DNA of 64,000 nucleotides from Escherichia coli (GTDB lineage Bacteria; Pseudomonadota; Gammaproteobacteria; Enterobacterales; Enterobacteriaceae): NCBI RefSeq assembly GCF_013122565.1, contig NZ_CP053258.1; one strand, 5' to 3'. Shown piece by piece: positions 17,479 to 27,806 of this stretch (position 1 is its first letter; each line of letters starts with the position of its first letter). The notes under the pieces were generated by a model. It saw only the letters and a program-made list of their open reading frames with translations, ran no database searches and was not told where the DNA came from. The position numbers and the translations under genes were made by a program.

Positions 17479-18834
17479 TTATTTCAAGTCGGGTAAGTCG
17501 TTGTATAAGCCCTGTTTAATTCCCGCTAATGGAATAAGGTTATTCACCGCAGCGGCATAATTTACGGCGGCGACCCAGCCATCATACCTGGCATTTATTT
17601 CAGCCGATTGCGCCTGAAAGACATCTTGCTCGACGGTTAATAGATCATTCAGACTGCGTTTACCCAATTTATATTCATTTTGGTACACATCTCGCGTTTT
17701 GTGGGCACTTTCGGATTGCGCTAAACCGGCTTCTTCACGCCCGCGCGCGCCGGTCCAGTTGGCATATGCCACCGACGCTCGTTGCAGCACATCCAGTTTT
17801 GCCTGTTCGACCTGCGAGGCAGAGATTTTTTGTTGCCCTTCAGCCTGTTGCACCTGGGCAGAAACTGCGCCGCCCTGATACAGCGGCGCGTTAACGTTCA
17901 GTTGTAGCTGATCATCCCAATACGAGCGGTCGCTGGTCTGATAGCGCGTTTTGCCGCCCTGAATACTGAGCGTTGGCCAGTATTGCGCTTTCGTTTTTTC
18001 CACGCCGTACTGTGCTGACTGGCGTAAGTTTTCTGCCGCCAGCACCAGCGGGATGGACTGGTAATCAATATTCTTCAGCGATACCGGCTGCTCGGCTAAT
18101 TCAGCAGGTGGCGCGGCTATCGCCTCCGGCTGTACGCCAGTGAGCACCGCCAGTTGCGCTTTGGCGCTCGCCATCTGCGCCTGATATTGCTCCAGCGTTG
18201 AGCGCATTCCGGCAATACGCGTCTGGGCCTGTAATTCATCCGACGATGAGTTCAGGCCAGCGTTAGCGCGCAATGCCGCCATGTTGTAGACGTTTTCCAG
18301 CGAGTGAATATTGCGTTGAGCCGCATCGCACAAAGCCTGATAACGACTGACTTCCATATAGGCGGTCGCCGTTTTCTCTGCGACATCGGTTAGGGTTGCC
18401 ATCAATTTAAAGCGGTAGCTGTCACGGGCGGCGGTTTGCAGTTTGATATCGTTGTTAGTTTTACCAAAGTCATACACCAGCTGTGTCAGGGTTATGCCAT
18501 ACGAAACGTTGTTATCAAGCCTGCCACTGGAGTCCGTTTGTCGGGACGGCCCCGCGTTGCCGGTTAATCCAACGTGCGGATACCAGGCACTTTTGGCTTC
18601 ATCAATTTGCGCTTCGCCAATACCTATCTGCGCCGCCTGTTGAGTGACGTCGGGATTTCGCGCAAAGGCGCGTAATATACTTTCCTGTAAAGATAATTGG
18701 GCAACTGGCGTTACCGCTGGGGCGTTCGCCCATTGTGGCAGCGGTGCAGCAATTGCAGCTTCTCCCATCACCATAAAACTTATTAAAAAAATAAGTCCAT
18801 TATTTTTACGGTTTTTAAACTGGAATCGCGCCAT
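17479..18834 (-). CDS. TolC-family outer membrane protein (putative T1SS outer-membrane channel)
   Basis: 451-aa ORF. The N-terminus MARFQFKNRKNNGLIFLISFMVMGEAAIAAPLPQ has a charged n-region, a hydrophobic core and an AIA-A cleavage-like site. Composition is TolC-like (Q/A-rich predicted helical segments, glycine/aromatic beta-strand motifs). GGAAGGAAG Shine-Dalgarno ~9 nt upstream of the ATG at 18834. It lies immediately upstream of the giant adhesin gene on the same strand. Confidence 0.8.
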   Translation of the reverse strand: MARFQFKNRKNNGLIFLISFMVMGEAAIAAPLPQWANAPAVTPVAQLSLQESILRAFARNPDVTQQAAQIGIGEAQIDEAKSAWYPHVGLTGNAGPSRQTDSSGRLDNNVSYGITLTQLVYDFGKTNNDIKLQTAARDSYRFKLMATLTDVAEKTATAYMEVSRYQALCDAAQRNIHSLENVYNMAALRANAGLNSSSDELQAQTRIAGMRSTLEQYQAQMASAKAQLAVLTGVQPEAIAAPPAELAEQPVSLKNIDYQSIPLVLAAENLRQSAQYGVEKTKAQYWPTLSIQGGKTRYQTSDRSYWDDQLQLNVNAPLYQGGAVSAQVQQAEGQQKISASQVEQAKLDVLQRASVAYANWTGARGREEAGLAQSESAHKTRDVYQNEYKLGKRSLNDLLTVEQDVFQAQSAEINARYDGWVAAVNYAAAVNNLIPLAGIKQGLYNDLPDLK

Positions 18835-19137
18835 AGATAAGTCACTTCCTTCCAGGTCATTATTTTAACTGGTTTTTATAACCAGTCTCATTTTATTAAG
18901 AAGGGTAATAACTTGTGCATCTCTTTTGTCGATCTTTGATATTGGCAAAGAAATGCAGCTAAAAAGCTTATACGTTATTTATTTAGAATACACTACGACT
19001 TTTAGATTACCATCATACACATTAAGAATAATCCACGGTAATAAGTGATTAGCATCACAGATTTATCGCGTATATATCATTTTTTTGTGACTTATTTATT
19101 AAAGGAATAAGAAAGGTAATTTGAATTAAAGACAAAG
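18835..19137 (-). promoter_or_regulatory. AT-rich intergenic region, probable promoter region of the OMP/adhesin island
   Basis: A sampled 60-nt line (19021..19080) is about 30% G+C, against about 65% G+C in a sampled repeat line (4381..4440). No credible ORF; A/T tracts throughout. Confidence 0.4.
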
Positions 19138-19160
19138 GCGCAGTACAGAAAGTACTGCGC
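19138..19160 (-). terminator. Rho-independent terminator downstream of ybaT (stem GCGCAGTAC / GTACTGCGC, 5-nt loop)
   Basis: Perfect 9-bp inverted repeat immediately 3' of the ybaT stop (19172..19174), followed on the minus strand by a U-rich tract (CUUUGUCUUUAAUU). Confidence 0.6.
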
Positions 19161-19171
19161 ACAGAGAGGTG

Positions 19172-20464
19172 TTATACGGCTTTATTGCGCTTCATGACCA
19201 TTGCCACAATAAGGCTGAGTAAGATTGCACCAATAATCCATATCAACGCACGGCTGCCCTGGGACCACAGGCTGTAGATAAAGCCAACGATCACCAACAA
19301 CATCACCAACGTACCTACGATAAGAATCGGCAACGAGGCGTGAATATCATGACGCAGGCGGATCGCCACCACAAACACCGCCAGATAGCAAATCAAAAAG
19401 GTGGCGCTGGCAACGCTGGCGAGTGAGCCTAAATTTAATGCCGCCGTCATCAGCATAATCAACACCACGACAATAATGTTGCCCCAGGTACTCTGCCGCC
19501 ACAGGGATTTATTCATTAGCTTCGGCAGTTCGCGTTCGCTGCCCATGTTGTCCATGATGTTAAACACGGCGAACAGGTTCGCGTTGATGGCTGAAGCCGT
19601 CGCCAGTAAAGCGCCGATGACGACGATCACATAACCCACATGCCCGAGCAGCGGAGAAGCTGCCTGCGCTACGGCGGTATCGGCATATTTTTCTAACTCT
19701 AATGCCGATACATCGCTAAGCAAAACCAGTGCCAGCGAGATATAAAGCAACGTGGTAACGCCAATCGCCACCAGAAACGCCCGTGGCATAATGACCTGCG
19801 GATCTTTCACTTTATCCGCCGCGTTCGCCATCATGCCAAAGCCCGCATAGGCAAGGAAGGTTATCCCGATACAGGAGAAGAACGCACCGGAGCTGGGGGG
19901 CGCAGAGACGGAAATATGCGCCGGTTGCAGCGACCAGACACCGGCAATAATCAGCAATAACAGGATCATCATTTTAATGCCGACGAGGATCACTTCCAGC
20001 CGCCCTACCGCATGGTTGCTTAAGGAGTTGAAAAGCGTCATCACCGCAATGATCCCCAACGCGTAGAGCAAAATAAGGTGCTCCTCCTGGCTGCCTTCAT
20101 GCAAAAACTGCACGGCATAAGCGCCAAAAGCACGGGCGACCATGGCGATGCTCACCGCCAGCGTCAACAGGTACAGTAACGAGAGCGCCAGCGAAAAGAC
20201 GCCGTTGCCTAATCCGCGACGAAAGAAGTCGATAATGCCGCCATTGCTGGGATAGCTCGCCCCCAGACGCGCATAGGCATAACCGGAAAACATCGCCACA
20301 ATACCGCCAAAAGCAAAGGCGACCCAGGTCGAGGCTTCCATTAGCAACGCAGCCTGCCCCAGCAGCGCGAAGATCCCCGCCCCCACCATTGCCCCAATAC
20401 CGATGGAAACGACATTCCATAGACCGAGGGGTTTGTTACCGTTATTACCTTCCGTGTTCATCAT
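19172..20464 (-). CDS. ybaT: APC-family amino acid transporter YbaT
   Basis: 430-aa polytopic membrane protein (MMNTEGNNGNKPLGLWNVVSIGIGAMVGAGIFALLGQ...). Its start is 3 nt after the glsA stop, so the two are translationally coupled. Confidence 0.9.
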   Translation of the reverse strand: MMNTEGNNGNKPLGLWNVVSIGIGAMVGAGIFALLGQAALLMEASTWVAFAFGGIVAMFSGYAYARLGASYPSNGGIIDFFRRGLGNGVFSLALSLLYLLTLAVSIAMVARAFGAYAVQFLHEGSQEEHLILLYALGIIAVMTLFNSLSNHAVGRLEVILVGIKMMILLLLIIAGVWSLQPAHISVSAPPSSGAFFSCIGITFLAYAGFGMMANAADKVKDPQVIMPRAFLVAIGVTTLLYISLALVLLSDVSALELEKYADTAVAQAASPLLGHVGYVIVVIGALLATASAINANLFAVFNIMDNMGSERELPKLMNKSLWRQSTWGNIIVVVLIMLMTAALNLGSLASVASATFLICYLAVFVVAIRLRHDIHASLPILIVGTLVMLLVIVGFIYSLWSQGSRALIWIIGAILLSLIVAMVMKRNKAV

Positions 20465-20466
20465 GA

Positions 20467-21399
20467 TCAGCCCTTAAACACGTTATAGCCGAGTTGCTTA
20501 GCGACCGATGCCACCATTTTTTGACCGCGAACACTGTTGCCTTCTTCGTCCAACGGTGGTGAGAACGCGGCAATTCCCATCACGCCAGGGACGACCGCCA
20601 GAATACCGCCACCTACACCGCTTTTGCCCGGTAAACCAACGCGATACGCCCAGTCACCGGAGCGACCATACAGCCCTTCCATCATCATTTCGGCCAGAAT
20701 GTACGGCACATTGTCGGCCTGAAGAACGCGTTTATGCGTCAGCGGATTCATCCCCCCCGCCGCCAGCGTCGCGCCAAGCGTTGCCAGTTCAACAGTATTG
20801 ATGAGCGTGGAGCACTGACGGGTGTACACGTCACAGGCTTCCATTGCATCACAATAGAGATATCCGGCGGAGTACAGCAGCCAGGCAATGGCCCGGTTAT
20901 GGAAGTTGGTTGTTTGTTCCGACTGGTTGACTTCATCAGAGAGCGCAACCTGCTCACCAGCCAGTTGCTGTTGGATATGTAAAATTCGCTGCCAGCGTTG
21001 TTCGGCATTTTCAGCGTTAATCAGGCTGGTGGTGGCAATAGCGCCAGCATTTACCAGTGGCGAAAGCGGTTTGCCGCCATGCAACTCTAAGGCGATAACT
21101 GAGTTAAAGGGCAATCCGGTCGGGTCAGCGCCAATTTTGTCCTGTACCGCCTGCGGGCCGACATCTTCTAACGCAAGGGCTAACGTACAGACTTTCGAGA
21201 TGGATTCCAGCGCAAAGCGGTAATCACTGTCACCCGCACTATAGACGTTGCCATCGCTGGTCACGATAGCCACTGCTGCCAGTTGACCAGGCACATTCGC
21301 CAGAAAGGGAATGTAATCGGCATTTTGTCCGCCGTTAAGTGAGTGAAATTGGGTGTAAGCCTGATCCACTGCCTGCTGTAATTTGTTTGCATCTAACAT
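20467..21399 (-). CDS. glsA: Glutaminase 1
   Basis: 310-aa ORF, MLDANKLQQAVDQAYTQFHSLNGGQNADYIPFLANVPGQL..., recognised as the serine-dependent glutaminase family (YbaS). Confidence 0.9.
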   Translation of the reverse strand: MLDANKLQQAVDQAYTQFHSLNGGQNADYIPFLANVPGQLAAVAIVTSDGNVYSAGDSDYRFALESISKVCTLALALEDVGPQAVQDKIGADPTGLPFNSVIALELHGGKPLSPLVNAGAIATTSLINAENAEQRWQRILHIQQQLAGEQVALSDEVNQSEQTTNFHNRAIAWLLYSAGYLYCDAMEACDVYTRQCSTLINTVELATLGATLAAGGMNPLTHKRVLQADNVPYILAEMMMEGLYGRSGDWAYRVGLPGKSGVGGGILAVVPGVMGIAAFSPPLDEEGNSVRGQKMVASVAKQLGYNVFKG

Positions 21400-21590
21400 C
21401 TTTTGTTAACTCCTTTTTATAGATGCGGGAGGTAATTCCTCACCCCGGTGCCGATTTTCAGGCATCCTGATTTAACTTAGCACCCGCAACTTAACTACAG
21501 GAAAACAAAGAGATAAATGTCTAATCCTGATGCAAATTGAGCCAATTTTTTAATCTTTACGGACTTTTACCCGCCTGGTTTATTAATTTC

Positions 21591-21621
21591 TTGACCTTCC
21601 CCTTGCAGGAAGGTTTACCCT
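21591..21621 (+). promoter_or_regulatory. copA promoter with CueR (MerR-type) operator: TTGACC -35, 19-bp spacer containing dyad CCTTCC-N7-GGAAGG (21595..21613)
   Basis: The sequence ttgaccttccccttgcaggaaggtttaccct sits about 45 nt upstream of the copA ATG. A perfect 6-bp dyad inside an over-long spacer is the MerR-family hallmark. Confidence 0.75.
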
Positions 21622-21660
21622 TTATCACAGCCAGTCAAAACTGTCTTAAAGGAGTGTTTT

Positions 21661-24165
21661 ATGTCACAAACTATCGACCTGACCCTGGACGGCCTGTCCT
21701 GCGGTCACTGCGTTAAACGCGTGAAAGAAAGTCTCGAACAGCGCCCGGATGTGGAACAAGCGGATGTGTCTATCACTGAAGCGCACGTTACCGGGACTGC
21801 CAGTGCAGAACAACTGATCGAAACCATCAAACAAGCGGGTTATGACGCATCTGTAAGCCACCCAAAGGCTAAACCGCTGGCGGAGTCATCAATCCCGTCG
21901 GAAGCACTGACAGCGGTTTCTGAGGCGCTTCCGGCAGCGACCGCCGATGACGATGACAGCCAGCAGTTGCTGCTGAGCGGCATGAGCTGCGCCAGCTGTG
22001 TCACCCGCGTACAAAATGCGCTGCAAAGCGTACCGGGCGTCACTCAGGCACGGGTAAACCTGGCGGAGCGTACTGCGCTGGTGATGGGCAGTGCCTCCCC
22101 ACAAGATTTAGTGCAGGCGGTGGAAAAAGCGGGCTACGGCGCGGAAGCGATTGAAGATGACGCGAAACGCCGCGAACGCCAGCAAGAAACCGCCGTCGCT
22201 ACGATGAAGCGCTTCCGCTGGCAGGCAATTGTCGCACTGGCGGTGGGTATCCCGGTGATGGTCTGGGGGATGATCGGCGATAACATGATGGTCACCGCTG
22301 ACAACCGCAGCTTGTGGTTAGTTATCGGCCTGATAACCCTGGCAGTGATGGTTTTCGCCGGCGGCCATTTTTACCGCAGTGCATGGAAAAGCCTGCTGAA
22401 CGGTGCAGCGACGATGGATACGCTGGTGGCGCTGGGTACTGGCGTGGCGTGGCTCTATTCGATGAGCGTCAACCTGTGGCCGCAGTGGTTCCCGATGGAA
22501 GCGCGACATCTTTATTACGAAGCCAGCGCGATGATTATCGGTCTGATCAATCTCGGCCATATGCTGGAAGCACGCGCACGTCAGCGTTCTTCTAAGGCGC
22601 TGGAGAAATTACTCGATTTAACCCCACCGACGGCGCGCCTGGTTACTGACGAAGGTGAAAAAAGCGTGCCTCTGGCAGAAGTGCAGCCAGGTATGTTGCT
22701 GCGCCTGACGACCGGCGATCGCGTGCCGGTAGATGGCGAGATTACCCAGGGCGAAGCATGGCTGGATGAAGCGATGCTGACGGGCGAACCTATCCCGCAG
22801 CAAAAAGGCGAAGGCGATAGCGTCCATGCCGGGACAGTGGTGCAGGACGGTAGCGTGCTGTTTCGCGCCAGTGCGGTTGGCAGCCATACCACGCTATCAA
22901 GGATTATTCGTATGGTGCGCCAGGCCCAGAGCAGCAAGCCAGAAATCGGTCAGCTGGCGGATAAAATCTCAGCCGTATTTGTGCCGGTAGTAGTGGTGAT
23001 TGCGCTTGTCAGTGCGGCAATCTGGTATTTCTTTGGTCCGGCACCGCAGATTGTCTATACCCTGGTGATTGCCACCACGGTACTGATTATCGCCTGTCCG
23101 TGTGCGCTGGGGCTGGCGACGCCGATGTCGATTATTTCCGGCGTCGGGCGGGCGGCTGAGTTTGGCGTGCTGGTGCGTGATGCCGACGCCCTGCAACGCG
23201 CCAGTACGCTCGACACCGTGGTGTTCGATAAAACCGGGACGCTGACCGAAGGGAAGCCGCAGGTTGTCGCAGTAAAAACGTTTGCTGATGTTGATCAAGC
23301 GCAGGCATTGCGTCTGGCGGCGGCACTGGAGCAAGGTTCCAGCCATCCGCTGGCACGAGCGATCCTCGATAAAGCAGGCGATATGCAGCTGCCGCAGGTC
23401 AACGGTTTCCGCACATTGCGCGGGCTGGGCGTGAGCGGTGAAGCAGAAGGTCATGCGTTATTGCTGGGTAATCAGGCGTTGTTAAATGATCAGCAAGTTG
23501 ATACCAAAGCTATCGAAGCGGAGATTACTGCTCAGGCATCGCAAGGGGCAACGCCTGTGCTGCTGGCGGTTGACGGGAAAGCGGTAGCCCTGCTGGCTGT
23601 ACGCGATCCGTTGCGTAGTGATAGCGTGGCGGCGCTGCAACGTCTGCATAAAGCGGGATATCGTCTGGTGATGTTGACCGGGGATAACCCAACCACCGCC
23701 AATGCGATCGCTAAAGAAGCTGGAATTGATGAAGTGATTGCCGGGGTGCTGCCGGACGGTAAAGCCGAAGCGATCAAACGTCTGCAAAGTGAAGGACGTC
23801 AGGTGGCAATGGTGGGCGACGGCATTAACGACGCGCCAGCGCTGGCCCAGGCGGATGTCGGCATTGCGATGGGTGGCGGCAGTGATGTTGCCATTGAAAC
23901 CGCGGCGATTACCCTGATGCGCCATAGCCTGATGGGCGTTGCGGATGCGCTCGCTATTTCCCGCGCAACGCTGCGCAACATGAAACAGAACCTGCTCGGC
24001 GCGTTTATCTACAACAGTATCGGTATTCCGGTCGCCGCCGGTATTTTGTGGCCGTTCACAGGAACACTGCTTAACCCGGTAGTTGCCGGAGCGGCAATGG
24101 CGCTCTCGTCGATTACCGTAGTGAGTAACGCCAACCGGTTGCTGCGGTTTAAACCGAAGGAATGA
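21661..24165 (+). CDS. copA: Cu(I)-translocating P-type ATPase
   Basis: 834-aa ORF with two N-terminal CxxC metal-binding motifs ([22 protein letters not shown]), a CPC transmembrane motif ([12 protein letters not shown]), a DKTGT phosphorylation motif and [18 protein letters not shown]. Confidence 0.95.
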   Translation: MSQTIDLTLDGLSCGHCVKRVKESLEQRPDVEQADVSITEAHVTGTASAEQLIETIKQAGYDASVSHPKAKPLAESSIPSEALTAVSEALPAATADDDDSQQLLLSGMSCASCVTRVQNALQSVPGVTQARVNLAERTALVMGSASPQDLVQAVEKAGYGAEAIEDDAKRRERQQETAVATMKRFRWQAIVALAVGIPVMVWGMIGDNMMVTADNRSLWLVIGLITLAVMVFAGGHFYRSAWKSLLNGAATMDTLVALGTGVAWLYSMSVNLWPQWFPMEARHLYYEASAMIIGLINLGHMLEARARQRSSKALEKLLDLTPPTARLVTDEGEKSVPLAEVQPGMLLRLTTGDRVPVDGEITQGEAWLDEAMLTGEPIPQQKGEGDSVHAGTVVQDGSVLFRASAVGSHTTLSRIIRMVRQAQSSKPEIGQLADKISAVFVPVVVVIALVSAAIWYFFGPAPQIVYTLVIATTVLIIACPCALGLATPMSIISGVGRAAEFGVLVRDADALQRASTLDTVVFDKTGTLTEGKPQVVAVKTFADVDQAQALRLAAALEQGSSHPLARAILDKAGDMQLPQVNGFRTLRGLGVSGEAEGHALLLGNQALLNDQQVDTKAIEAEITAQASQGATPVLLAVDGKAVALLAVRDPLRSDSVAALQRLHKAGYRLVMLTGDNPTTANAIAKEAGIDEVIAGVLPDGKAEAIKRLQSEGRQVAMVGDGINDAPALAQADVGIAMGGGSDVAIETAAITLMRHSLMGVADALAISRATLRNMKQNLLGAFIYNSIGIPVAAGILWPFTGTLLNPVVAGAAMALSSITVVSNANRLLRFKPKE

Positions 24166-24422
24166 TTGGTATTTACTTAATGCGTTTGTGAGATCCAGTT
24201 CTTGTTGCGCTCCTTTTATGAGTCATGCCATATAAAGTGACTGGCGCAGGGAGCGCGCAGGGGGCGGCCAATCGCCGCCGCCACCAACACCCGTGCAGTC
24301 TTTCGTTTCAAAGCAAAAACAATTTTTCGATCATATTTAAGCTACCACTGAACAAGCCTCATAACTCCATTTGCGCCATCCCTCCCCGCGCGCTAGCATG
24401 ATATTTCACAAAGGGAGGTCGT

Positions 24423-25217
24423 ATGGATCTGTTGTACCGGGTAAAAACGCTTTGGGCCGCGCTGCGCGGTAATCATTACACCTGGCCTGCCATCGATATC
24501 TCTCTTCCCGGCAATCGCCATTTTCATCTGATCGGCAGTATTCATATGGGTAGCCACGATATGGCTCCCCTGCCCACCCGTTTGCTCAAAAAGCTCAAAA
24601 ACGCCGATGCGCTGATCGTCGAGGCTGATGTTTCCACCAGCGATACGCCTTTTGCTAATTTGCCTGCCTGCGAGGCGCTGGAAGAGCGCATTAGCGAGGA
24701 GCAACTCCAAAATCTGCAGCATATTAGCCAGGAGATGGGCATTTCTCCGTCGCTCTTTTCTACTCAACCGCTGTGGCAAATCGCGATGGTTCTTCAGGCG
24801 ACGCAGGCACAAAAACTGGGGCTGCGGGCAGAATACGGTATCGATTACCAGCTAGTGCAGGCGGCGAAGCAACAACATAAACCCGTGATTGAACTGGAAG
24901 GGGCTGAAAACCAGATTGCCATGTTGCTCCAGCTCCCTGACAAAGGACTGGCGCTGCTGGACGATACGCTGACCCACTGGCATACCAACGCACGATTGCT
25001 GCAACAAATGATGAGCTGGTGGCTGAATGCGCCGCCGCAAAATAATGAAATAACGCTGCCCAATACGTTCAGTCAGTCGCTGTACGATGTGCTGATGCAT
25101 CAGCGAAATCTCGCCTGGCGGGATAAATTACGCGCCATGCCGCCGGGGCGATATGTGGTCGCGGTCGGTGCACTACACCTGTATGGAGAAGGGAATTTAC
25201 CGCAAATGTTGCGCTAA
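24423..25217 (+). CDS. ybaP: TraB/GumN-family protein YbaP
   Basis: 264-aa ORF (MDLLYRVKTLWAALRGNHYTWPAIDISLPGNRHFHLIGSIHMG...). GGGAGG RBS upstream. Confidence 0.8.
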   Translation: MDLLYRVKTLWAALRGNHYTWPAIDISLPGNRHFHLIGSIHMGSHDMAPLPTRLLKKLKNADALIVEADVSTSDTPFANLPACEALEERISEEQLQNLQHISQEMGISPSLFSTQPLWQIAMVLQATQAQKLGLRAEYGIDYQLVQAAKQQHKPVIELEGAENQIAMLLQLPDKGLALLDDTLTHWHTNARLLQQMMSWWLNAPPQNNEITLPNTFSQSLYDVLMHQRNLAWRDKLRAMPPGRYVVAVGALHLYGEGNLPQMLR

Positions 25218-25405
25218 AAAAATGGCCAATATCGCTATTGGCCCGTCAAAGAGGAATTTCATTTTTTTATTATTATGCCGTCACTTTAAGCGACGGTGTA
25301 ACTCGATTGTCGCTCAATCTCACCATCCTGCCAATACTCTTAGGCAAGATGTCTCTTTTTTTTGGACCGCCATCAGGCGTATGCTTGCTTCGTTTTTTTG
25401 TTTAA

Positions 25406-25900
<495 letters not shown>

Positions 25901-25905
25901 GCATT

Positions 25906-25929
25906 GTGCCGGATGCGAACATCCGGCAC
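25906..25929. terminator. Bidirectional rho-independent terminator shared by convergent ybaK and ushA (stem GTGCCGGATG / CATCCGGCAC, loop CGAA)
   Basis: Perfect 10-bp stem read from the sequence, with a T-rich tract on the plus side (TTTCGGATT). It lies between the ybaK stop (25900) and the ushA stop (25937). Confidence 0.6.
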
Positions 25930-25936
25930 TTTCGGA

Positions 25937-27589
25937 TTACTGCCAGCTCACCTCACCTTTCGGTTCATAACCACTCACATCCAGCGGCGAGCTTTTCTGG
26001 ATATACGCTTTCAGCACTTCGGCATCAATAAATCCGGTATTCACATAGCCCGGTTTGTTATCAAGGCGCGGATATCCATCACCGCCGGTGGCATTGAAGT
26101 TTAATGTCGCCATACGGTAAGTTTTCGCTGGATCGACCGGTTCGCCTTTGATTTTCAGGTCGTTCAGTTTGCCGTCTTTCGCCACAAAGCTAACGTTGGC
26201 AAATTGCGGGTAGGCACCTGAATCTGGCTTCATTTGTGCGACGGCGGTCAGGTAATCAATCACCTCTTTACCGGTCATGTCGGCATACACCACCACATTG
26301 CCGAATGGCTGCACTTTCAGCACGTTTTTATAGCTGATATCGCCTGCTTCGATAGAATCACGAATTCCGCCTCCACTCATCACCGCAAAGTCAGCACCAG
26401 TGCGATCCATTTGGGCTGCCAGAATCAACCGCCCCATATTGGTCTGTACAAAACGCACTTTGTCACGATCGCCTTCCAGACGACCATTGGTTTCGCCTAT
26501 TTTCACTTCCAGCTGCGCTTTACCTTTGTTCTGGAACGGTGATAACAGCGAGATCATTTGCTGGTTTTCAGCGATTTCAGGAGTGTAAAGCACGCGCTCG
26601 CTTTTCCCGTCTTCCCAGGTCACTTTCTTCTTCAGGTTCACCGGAATCAGTTGGTAGTTAACCATTTTCATTTCGCCATTACGAAACTCAAAATCAGCCC
26701 GTCCCACGTATTTGCCCCACTCATGCGCCTGCACAATCCAGATGCCGTTTTGTTGATCCGGTTTGCATGGCGTACCCGGCACGTAATCGACCTGTTTTTT
26801 GTTTTCTGCCGCCATGCAGACCGGATCTTGCGAGTGACCACCGACGATCATCGCCAGCGATCCGGCAGGCAGCGCGCGCGCCATCTCCACATCGCCCGGT
26901 GCGTTAGAGCCGTGCTCACCATTGTCGTAATGCCCCATATGGGTCGCCGCGATAATAATGTCTGGCTTTTCTGTCTGTTGCAGCTCCTGAATCACCAGCT
27001 TCGCTTCATCGGCGGGCTTACGGAACTCAATATCGGTGAAGTTTTCTGGATTGCCTAACTTCGCTGTGTCATCCGTCGTCAGACCAATAACGGCAATTTT
27101 CAGATCCTGACGCTTAAACAGCGCCCATGGTTTAAACAGGCGCTCGCCGGTACTTTTCTGGTAGATATTGGCAGAAAGTAACGGGAACTTTGCCCACTTT
27201 TCCTGCTGGCGTAATACGGTGAGCGGGTTATCAAATTCATGATTACCGATCGCCATCGCGTCATAGCCCACCAGATTCATACCGCGAAAATCAGGTTCGG
27301 CATCCTGTAAGTCAGACTCGGGCACGCCAGTGTTAATGTCGCCACCGGAAAGTAGCAGCACGCTACCGCCTTCAGCCGCAACCTCTTTGCGGATACCATC
27401 CACCAGCGTTTTTTGCGCCGCCAGACCATATTCGCCATATTCATTGCGCCAAAAATGCCCATGATGATCATTGGTATGCAGAACTGTAATTTTGTAGGTT
27501 TTATCCTGCTCATACGCCAGAGCAGCTTCACTCGCCAGTGTAAATGTGGTTAACAGTGCTAACGCCACGCCCCGCTGCAATAATTTCAT
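25937..27589 (-). CDS. ushA: Periplasmic 5'-nucleotidase / UDP-sugar hydrolase
   Basis: 550-aa ORF with signal peptide (MKLLQRGVALALLTTFTLASEAALA) and metallophosphatase motifs (TVLHTNDHHG, GNHEFD). Confidence 0.95.
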   Translation of the reverse strand: MKLLQRGVALALLTTFTLASEAALAYEQDKTYKITVLHTNDHHGHFWRNEYGEYGLAAQKTLVDGIRKEVAAEGGSVLLLSGGDINTGVPESDLQDAEPDFRGMNLVGYDAMAIGNHEFDNPLTVLRQQEKWAKFPLLSANIYQKSTGERLFKPWALFKRQDLKIAVIGLTTDDTAKLGNPENFTDIEFRKPADEAKLVIQELQQTEKPDIIIAATHMGHYDNGEHGSNAPGDVEMARALPAGSLAMIVGGHSQDPVCMAAENKKQVDYVPGTPCKPDQQNGIWIVQAHEWGKYVGRADFEFRNGEMKMVNYQLIPVNLKKKVTWEDGKSERVLYTPEIAENQQMISLLSPFQNKGKAQLEVKIGETNGRLEGDRDKVRFVQTNMGRLILAAQMDRTGADFAVMSGGGIRDSIEAGDISYKNVLKVQPFGNVVVYADMTGKEVIDYLTAVAQMKPDSGAYPQFANVSFVAKDGKLNDLKIKGEPVDPAKTYRMATLNFNATGGDGYPRLDNKPGYVNTGFIDAEVLKAYIQKSSPLDVSGYEPKGEVSWQ

Positions 27590-27806
27590 ACTTCTCTCCC
27601 TGACCTGATTTCAACGTGTTGAAAAATAGTATGACGCGACATCATAGACAAGTCTGCGTCCGGTGAAGATAAATCTGCATCCAGATTAGAAATTCTGTAT
27701 TCAGCGTTGAGACTTCCTTCAGGCGGCGCATACAGGTATGTTAGTCGGGTAATAATCACAAATAAGATCATTCTTAACATCGCAACCCTGAAAAAGTGAC
27801 TTTCCT

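Noticed and set aside
17377-19171. Mobility genes (integrase, transposase, IS ends) or a tRNA target at the island boundary
   Set aside because: None found in the visible part of the island or at the ybaT-proximal boundary. The other boundary is outside the window, so the mobilisation mechanism cannot be assessed.
24393-24812. 139-aa minus-strand ORF near the copA-ybaP interval (considered as a ybaQ candidate)
   Set aside because: It overlaps the ybaP coding region on the opposite strand; Arg-rich, low-complexity translation.
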